A model generated the notes under the pieces. It searched no databases and was not told the DNA's origin. It saw only the letters and a program-made list of their open reading frames with translations. A stretch of DNA of 40,000 bases. Origin: Klebsiella phage vB_KvM-Eowyn. The DNA lies in sequence record LR881104.1. One strand, given 5' to 3'. Position numbers and translations under genes: made by a program. Below are positions 34,743-40,000 of this stretch, one piece after another. Every line of letters begins with the position of its first letter. The first letter of the stretch is position 1.

Positions 34743-36302
34743 ATGTCAACGCCTAAGCTTGCTCAAATTGAAATATTCTCGCATGGGGTGCGTATATCTA
34801 AAGTCTCGCCAGAGATAGACCACATCATCCGAGAATTTTGTCACACCTTCATCCAATATAAATTAGAGAAAGTCAATGGGCGGTGGGTTAAGAAACAGGA
34901 CAAGATATATGGCTACATAAATAAAGTAGACCGTACGCTTCTTTTCCATCGCAATCAATTCCATGATTTCGTCAACCGTTGCAAGTTAAGTGGGTATGAC
35001 ATGGAACGGTTCGATCTGATTGAATATGAGATTGAACCTGGTGTTGATACTTATATTAAAATGAAACCTGAATTCACGCTCAGGGAAAAACAAGTTCCAG
35101 CAGCTAACTGGTTGCGTGAGGATAATCGCATCCGTACGGCTGAACTGCAGACAGGATTTGGTAAAAGTTTCCTGTATTGTAATGAAGTCGCCGCCTCTGG
35201 TAAACGTGGTGGGTTGGTGGTGCTGCCCCGATATATCGACAAGTGGTATGGCGACTTCGGTAAGTACTACGATATTGAGCCTCAGGATATACTGCTAATC
35301 AAAAGCGGTAAGACCCTGATGGATGCCATGCTGTTGATTCGGGATGGTCGTTTGCCTGATTTCAAAGTAGCGATGTTCTCATTGTCTACCATTAACAAAT
35401 TCATTGAGCACTTTGAATCTTCAGATGCTGAAACCTACATGTACCCCTTTACGCCGTTTGAATTTATGCAGCTTCTGGGCATTCATGTATTGGGTTTTGA
35501 TGAAGTACACCAGTGTGCTTTGCAGGTGTTTACCACCATTATCCATTTCCACGTACCAAAGCAGGTTTATTTATCCGCTACGTTAGTAAGCGATGATGAC
35601 TTCACTTTGCAAATGTACAATGTTGCCTTTCCTAACGGTGAGCGGTTCAGGACCGTGGATTACAACAAATACATTGACGTGGTGGCCATTGAGTATGGGA
35701 TAAGGGAACCCAGAAAGATACGGTGTTCTTATCGCGGTAAGGAATATAATCATGCCGCATTTGAAGACAGCCTGCGACGTAACGGTAAGTTGTTTAAACA
35801 ATACCTTAATCTCATCTGGTCGATTGTCAAACATGACTTCCTGACCATGCGCACTCCAGGGATGAAGATGCTCATCTTTGCGGCCAAGAAAGAGACCTGT
35901 GATGCGATTGTAGGCCACATCAAAAGGAAGCTGGGAGATAACCCGGCTAATCTGAGAGTGTCCAAATACGTCGCTGAGGACGCATACGAGGTATTGCTAG
36001 AATCGGATATTACTGCATCGACCTTAGGTTCATCGGGTACTGCCGTGGATATTCCGGATCTCGTAAAAGTGCTGATGACTAACAACCTGGCGGCGATTGC
36101 CGCAAATATCCAGGCGGTAGGTCGTTTGCGCGAACTGAAGAAATGGCCTGACGTGAAATTGGAATTCTTCTATTTGTATTGTAGAGACATTCCAAAACAT
36201 GTCGAGTACCATCGCAAGAAAATAGGGGATCTGAAAGGACGGGTTCGGAGTCATCGTACTCTGGTTTCACCCGTAACCTTGGATGTGAACCTACCAGCCT
36301 GA
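34743..36302 (+). CDS. SF2 (DEAD/DEAH-like) helicase, PhiKZ gp75-like by position
   Basis: Walker A-like ELQTGFGKSFL, DEVH box, LSATLV motif III-like, and a C-terminal ASTLGSSGTAVDIPDL...AVGRLRE motif VI-like. ATG 34743 is preferred over 34620, which lies within the previous CDS. Confidence 0.85.
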   Translation: MSTPKLAQIEIFSHGVRISKVSPEIDHIIREFCHTFIQYKLEKVNGRWVKKQDKIYGYINKVDRTLLFHRNQFHDFVNRCKLSGYDMERFDLIEYEIEPGVDTYIKMKPEFTLREKQVPAANWLREDNRIRTAELQTGFGKSFLYCNEVAASGKRGGLVVLPRYIDKWYGDFGKYYDIEPQDILLIKSGKTLMDAMLLIRDGRLPDFKVAMFSLSTINKFIEHFESSDAETYMYPFTPFEFMQLLGIHVLGFDEVHQCALQVFTTIIHFHVPKQVYLSATLVSDDDFTLQMYNVAFPNGERFRTVDYNKYIDVVAIEYGIREPRKIRCSYRGKEYNHAAFEDSLRRNGKLFKQYLNLIWSIVKHDFLTMRTPGMKMLIFAAKKETCDAIVGHIKRKLGDNPANLRVSKYVAEDAYEVLLESDITASTLGSSGTAVDIPDLVKVLMTNNLAAIAANIQAVGRLRELKKWPDVKLEFFYLYCRDIPKHVEYHRKKIGDLKGRVRSHRTLVSPVTLDVNLPA

Positions 36303-36395
36303 TTCTGGCATAAAGAATCTGGGGTGTCTAATTGAGGGCACCCCATATCCCGTGGCTCATTAACGCCACACCACACCTAAAGAAAGGAAAGTACC

Positions 36396-37322
36396 ATGAC
36401 TAACGATATTGAACATAAAGTTGTTTCCACTTATATCCAACCAATCACGACTGGGTTTTTATTATTTGCGTTGCGCTCTAGAACCCATGAGGGTACTACG
36501 AGACTCAGTGTTAAAGTAAGCAACAGCAATTACCCTGATGATTTTACCCACCAGTTCTTCCCGAGCAAGGTCGGCGTAAAAGACCTCATCAAACACCTAT
36601 CTGATTTTGTTCACAAATCAGACACCTACCATGACGTAGGTAAGCGTTACCTGGATTCTAAGTATTATTTACAATTCCAGATAGAGTATACTCAATATCG
36701 CGCTACATACCACGTGTTGTATCTTTGTGGTTTAAACAACGGTCCTTTCCCGTTGGCCGCCGTTGCAGTAAGTCCCGGTGAACGCAATGCCCATAACGCC
36801 CACGAAAAAAATAAAGCGTATTTAGAAACCAAAAAACAAATGGCTGGATTGTTGGTTTGGTTGGAGCAGGTATTACGCAAAATGGAATCAGCGGAAGCCG
36901 ACGAACCACCGGTCCCGATGGTAACTTTAGATGATGAAAAATATCATATCTCGCTACTAGATGGTTGCGGTCGTCGAGGTAGTATCGTTAACTACGTTCG
37001 TTTTGATAAAGCTACCAAAGTTCTAATGATGGGTAGTCCTCGCGGTAAGTTCACCACCAAATTCAGTGAACATCAAACGCAGCTACTCAAAAATGCCATT
37101 GCTGATATTTCTACTGTGGTGGATACCCAGATTACCCTGGATGTGGAATCTAACTTTTATATCCGACGGATAGATGGCGTTGAGGGGACCACCATTAAAC
37201 GACTCATCATTAACTCCGATGTATTCGGGGGAACTGGTAAGGTTATTTTCATCACGAGAGATATGGCCGAATTATTACGTCAGGTCCATGTCGCTTTAGA
37301 CAAATGTTCTAAACTGATTTAA
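36396..37322 (+). CDS. Hypothetical protein
   Basis: 308-aa ORF with AAAGGAAAG upstream. Confidence 0.8.
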   Translation: MTNDIEHKVVSTYIQPITTGFLLFALRSRTHEGTTRLSVKVSNSNYPDDFTHQFFPSKVGVKDLIKHLSDFVHKSDTYHDVGKRYLDSKYYLQFQIEYTQYRATYHVLYLCGLNNGPFPLAAVAVSPGERNAHNAHEKNKAYLETKKQMAGLLVWLEQVLRKMESAEADEPPVPMVTLDDEKYHISLLDGCGRRGSIVNYVRFDKATKVLMMGSPRGKFTTKFSEHQTQLLKNAIADISTVVDTQITLDVESNFYIRRIDGVEGTTIKRLIINSDVFGGTGKVIFITRDMAELLRQVHVALDKCSKLI

Positions 37323-37341
37323 TCATTTTGGGGTTACGCAC

Positions 37342-37707
37342 ATGTCAATCGATATTACCGAACAAGATTGGAGAGAAGTAGATGTAACGACAGACCGCCT
37401 TGCTGCAACGGCCTGCCCAGTTGATGATGACCTTTACGATGAAATTGAACATTTCATCGAATTCATCAAACCGATAGCCCATGCCAGAACCCCTTTTCGA
37501 TTGGGTTCATTATATCGACAATGGCGTGATTATCGGGGACAGGATATTATCTATTCTCTGTCGCTCAACGAGCTTAAGCGAGTCTGGACTGCAATAGCGG
37601 TAGTTTGTAACTCTAAGTCCTTACCACCGTATTGCGGCCAAATACCTGAACAATGTATTCTTTACGATAATGCGACTCACCGCATTGTTCGGTATCTTAA
37701 AGATTGA
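37342..37707 (+). CDS. Hypothetical protein
   Basis: 121-aa ORF, last plus-strand gene before the minus-strand block. Confidence 0.7.
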   Translation: MSIDITEQDWREVDVTTDRLAATACPVDDDLYDEIEHFIEFIKPIAHARTPFRLGSLYRQWRDYRGQDIIYSLSLNELKRVWTAIAVVCNSKSLPPYCGQIPEQCILYDNATHRIVRYLKD

Positions 37708-37712
37708 TGTGT

Positions 37713-37743
37713 CGGCATAAAGGGAGAGGCTTCGGCCTCTCCC
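37713..37743. terminator. TTCG-loop hairpin at a convergent junction with CGGCATA arm
   Basis: CGGCATA (37713-37719), GGGAGAGGC-TTCG-GCCTCTCCC (37722-37743). The 22-nt core is identical to 30178-30199. Confidence 0.75.
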
Positions 37744-37758
37744 TGTTTATGTTGCCTT

Positions 37759-38199
37759 TTATTTTTTGGCTTTTTTCTTCTCTTCAGCTAATGTCCGCTC
37801 AAGCTTAGTTTGTTCACTCTCAGCCTGGTTGACTCCATCAGCGTTAGCCAATTCACATTCCTGCAGTATCCACTCGATCATGTGTCTGGGTAAAGCCATG
37901 AACTCAGTGAACCCCAACCCAAACAAATCCCAAACACGTTGCGCTCTATACTCGCGCATCCTCAACTGCCATCCCGTATGTACACCCAGGGCTTCGTTAG
38001 GATGCACTAATTGACTGGCAAATGGGGGTATCTTACCAGACCGATCATCGAACAACCCGTAGGTTGTATCGTAGGCTTCCATCATGGTAACTTGAAGGGC
38101 GATGGAGTTAGTAATGGTCGGTTTGATTTTCTCAAGCGCAAGTAGGTCGTTGTGAACCCCCCTAGGCGGTAAACCAAACCTAGGGTGGGTAACGTGCAA
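37759..38199 (-). CDS. Hypothetical protein
   Basis: 146-aa ORF, 2 nt from the next minus-strand gene. Confidence 0.75.
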   Translation of the reverse strand: MHVTHPRFGLPPRGVHNDLLALEKIKPTITNSIALQVTMMEAYDTTYGLFDDRSGKIPPFASQLVHPNEALGVHTGWQLRMREYRAQRVWDLFGLGFTEFMALPRHMIEWILQECELANADGVNQAESEQTKLERTLAEEKKKAKK

Positions 38200-38201
38200 A
38201 C

Positions 38202-39863
38202 CTAGAGCAGAATTTTCTGGAGTCGATTGGATACTAGGGTAAAAAAAGTGCTCACCACGTCCAGAGGTAAGATGATTTGTTCTTTAGCGTCCGGACGTAG
38301 TTGGGTTTCACCGCAACGTTCGCAGGCGTAGTTGACAATACCAATTACCGTAGTAGTGGCGTCTTCGACGAACTGGTCAACCGTACCGACGATCAGGTCA
38401 ACGATTTCACGGTCCGCAGAGAAAGTCCGCGATAGTTCTTCCAAGGTCGAAACGGAATCAATAACCGATTCAGACATCTCGCCGGCATCAATAATGATGC
38501 GGCCAAAATACATGCTGTAGTTACGTAATGTTTCTACCGTGGCCAGCTGTTGAATGTAAACGTCGCGGTCGACGCCGTGCAGAACAGAACCAAACGCGGC
38601 GTCTGTTTGTTCAACAATACCGTCAACCCAACGAAGTCCAGAGTCCTCGTATTCGGTATATGTTGGAACCCTTAACTCCATGGTCATTTGGTTGCCCAGG
38701 TCGATGGTTGCCGACGCGGGTACTGGGAAGCTAGACTGCATTGCTTTTACGTCGTCCAACTTCATACTGGCGCCTGCGCGATTTTTACTCATAAATCTAC
38801 GCTGGTCTTCACTAAACCGTTTGCGATCCACAAACAAGAGTTTGTTTAAATCTACCACACCACGGTTGACGTGATGGCATTTGCTAAGATCCGCAGTACA
38901 TGGTTGGGATAGCGGGTACCCATTAGGGTAAATACACGAAACAAATCCCAGAATCATGGAAGGGATATCGGTGATCAGTAGATGATCTTTGATAGCCTGC
39001 CGCTTACCTTCCTCACTGGAATATTCGAGGGAGGTATCATCAACATGGTCTAGGATAAGATCCATGACGTATTTGATAATATAAATACGATCGTTATCAA
39101 ACACGGCGCCTTTGGTTTGGCGACCCAGCTTAATCTTTTCGGTCTGAATACGACGATCCAGCTCTAAGAGCGCTGCTTCCTGTGGCGGGATGAAGGTCAC
39201 CCAGAACATCGAGTTATACATCGGCCATTGTGCGTGACCACCCAAAGACATGCGTGCTTGAACCCGACGGATGGCAGCTTGACCCGATAGCTTCGGAGCA
39301 TTGCTTTCTTGGATTTTTGGTCTTGCGGCGCGCAGGCGATCAGCACCGTGGTTCAGATATTGCGCCCAGTCGCGGTCAGCTTGCCACGCAGCATAGGTCA
39401 CATTCTCTTCATCAGCCGGGGCCATAAAGTTGACCGCGCTTCCGGCAGCCAATACCCAGTCCATACTTGATTCGGGGTCTGGCAGTCCACCCAGGCTTTT
39501 TACGTTGGCGGTGATGTGGGCGATCTGACGGTACGTTGCAAACAGTAAATTAATTGATTCAGCCGGGGTGATGGCTTTTTTCTGTTTTTCGTTGATGTCT
39601 TTAAACAGGGGCAGCTCGACAGTAGCGTTTGCCGGGAACTCTCGCAAATCTGGACCGGGGTCAAAAACACCGTCGTCCTTTTCTTCGCTACCTACTTCCG
39701 GTACTTCATCTGAAGGCGCTACCGTTTCTGGTGCGGGTGCATCTTTTTGGGGTTGCTGTGCGGTAGTAGATTCTTCATCGCCAGCATCAAATGCGTCCCA
39801 TGCTGATTTACCCGGGGTAGTTTCATGCATCGGTACGTCGTTGCCGATATTGTTATCGCTCAT
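38202..39863 (-). CDS. Putative virion/baseplate-associated protein (possible T4 gp26-like C-terminus)
   Basis: 553 aa with an acidic disordered N-terminus. The C-terminal YACERCGETQLRP...LPLDVVSTFFTL resembles the CxxCG...FF signature of T4 gp26-type baseplate proteins. Confidence 0.4.
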   Translation of the reverse strand: MSDNNIGNDVPMHETTPGKSAWDAFDAGDEESTTAQQPQKDAPAPETVAPSDEVPEVGSEEKDDGVFDPGPDLREFPANATVELPLFKDINEKQKKAITPAESINLLFATYRQIAHITANVKSLGGLPDPESSMDWVLAAGSAVNFMAPADEENVTYAAWQADRDWAQYLNHGADRLRAARPKIQESNAPKLSGQAAIRRVQARMSLGGHAQWPMYNSMFWVTFIPPQEAALLELDRRIQTEKIKLGRQTKGAVFDNDRIYIIKYVMDLILDHVDDTSLEYSSEEGKRQAIKDHLLITDIPSMILGFVSCIYPNGYPLSQPCTADLSKCHHVNRGVVDLNKLLFVDRKRFSEDQRRFMSKNRAGASMKLDDVKAMQSSFPVPASATIDLGNQMTMELRVPTYTEYEDSGLRWVDGIVEQTDAAFGSVLHGVDRDVYIQQLATVETLRNYSMYFGRIIIDAGEMSESVIDSVSTLEELSRTFSADREIVDLIVGTVDQFVEDATTTVIGIVNYACERCGETQLRPDAKEQIILPLDVVSTFFTLVSNRLQKILL

Positions 39864-40000
39864 TGTTCTCTCCAGATTCTTCTCGGGTTTTTCCCATCAG
39901 GTTAGAAAGCTCAAGATAGGTAGGGATGACCTCGTTGGTCCAATCGGCCTGCCAGGCGTAGAATGCCTCACCCATTGGGATAGTATTGAATTCTATACCT
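39853..40000 (-). CDS. Hypothetical protein, 5'-truncated by the window edge
   Basis: The minus-strand frame is open to the edge (GIEFNTIPMGEAFYAWQADWTNEVIPTYLELSNLMGKTREESGENNER*), overlapping the start of the 553-aa gene. Confidence 0.6.
   Translation of the reverse strand, partial: GIEFNTIPMGEAFYAWQADWTNEVIPTYLELSNLMGKTREESGENNER

Overview
This window looks like a core segment of a nucleus-forming, PhiKZ-like jumbo phage (Chimalliviridae-type) infecting an unidentified host. Three lines of sequence evidence support this. (1) A PhuZ-type phage tubulin (7616..8587) carries a SGGSGS nucleotide-binding loop and an acidic DDGMVL tail. (2) Three fragments of a split, non-canonical multisubunit RNA polymerase are present: beta-prime N-part with NADFDGD (19547..21106), beta C-part with GSKLTDHHGGKGVI (30657..32723) and beta-prime C-part (32711..34642). 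(3) A 628-aa, strongly codon-biased protein (17567..19453) sits directly upstream of the beta-prime N-part, the position occupied by chimallin (gp54) before gp55 in PhiKZ. Other recognisable genes are a divergent family-B DNA polymerase palm (13825..16059), an Mre11/SbcD-like phosphoesterase (22831..23964), an SSB-like protein (24832..25527), a candidate fifth RNAP subunit at the gp68-like position (25685..27232) and an SF2 helicase (34743..36302). The rest is poorly characterised: tandem small-gene clusters at 1-3.6 kb and 8.8-13.2 kb, three tandem fibre-like ORFs at 3.9-5.4 kb, and short minus-strand genes embedded in a mostly plus-strand genome. Two recurrent non-coding signals stand out. 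One is TATATTACT(A/T), upstream of several genes including the candidate chimallin and RNAP subunits. The other is a GC-rich hairpin flanked 3' by TTTATGCCG instead of a T-tract, found in one orientation or both at all four convergent gene junctions. No CRISPR array, tRNA, transposon or integrase was seen. All family calls come from motif and synteny reading; no database search was run.
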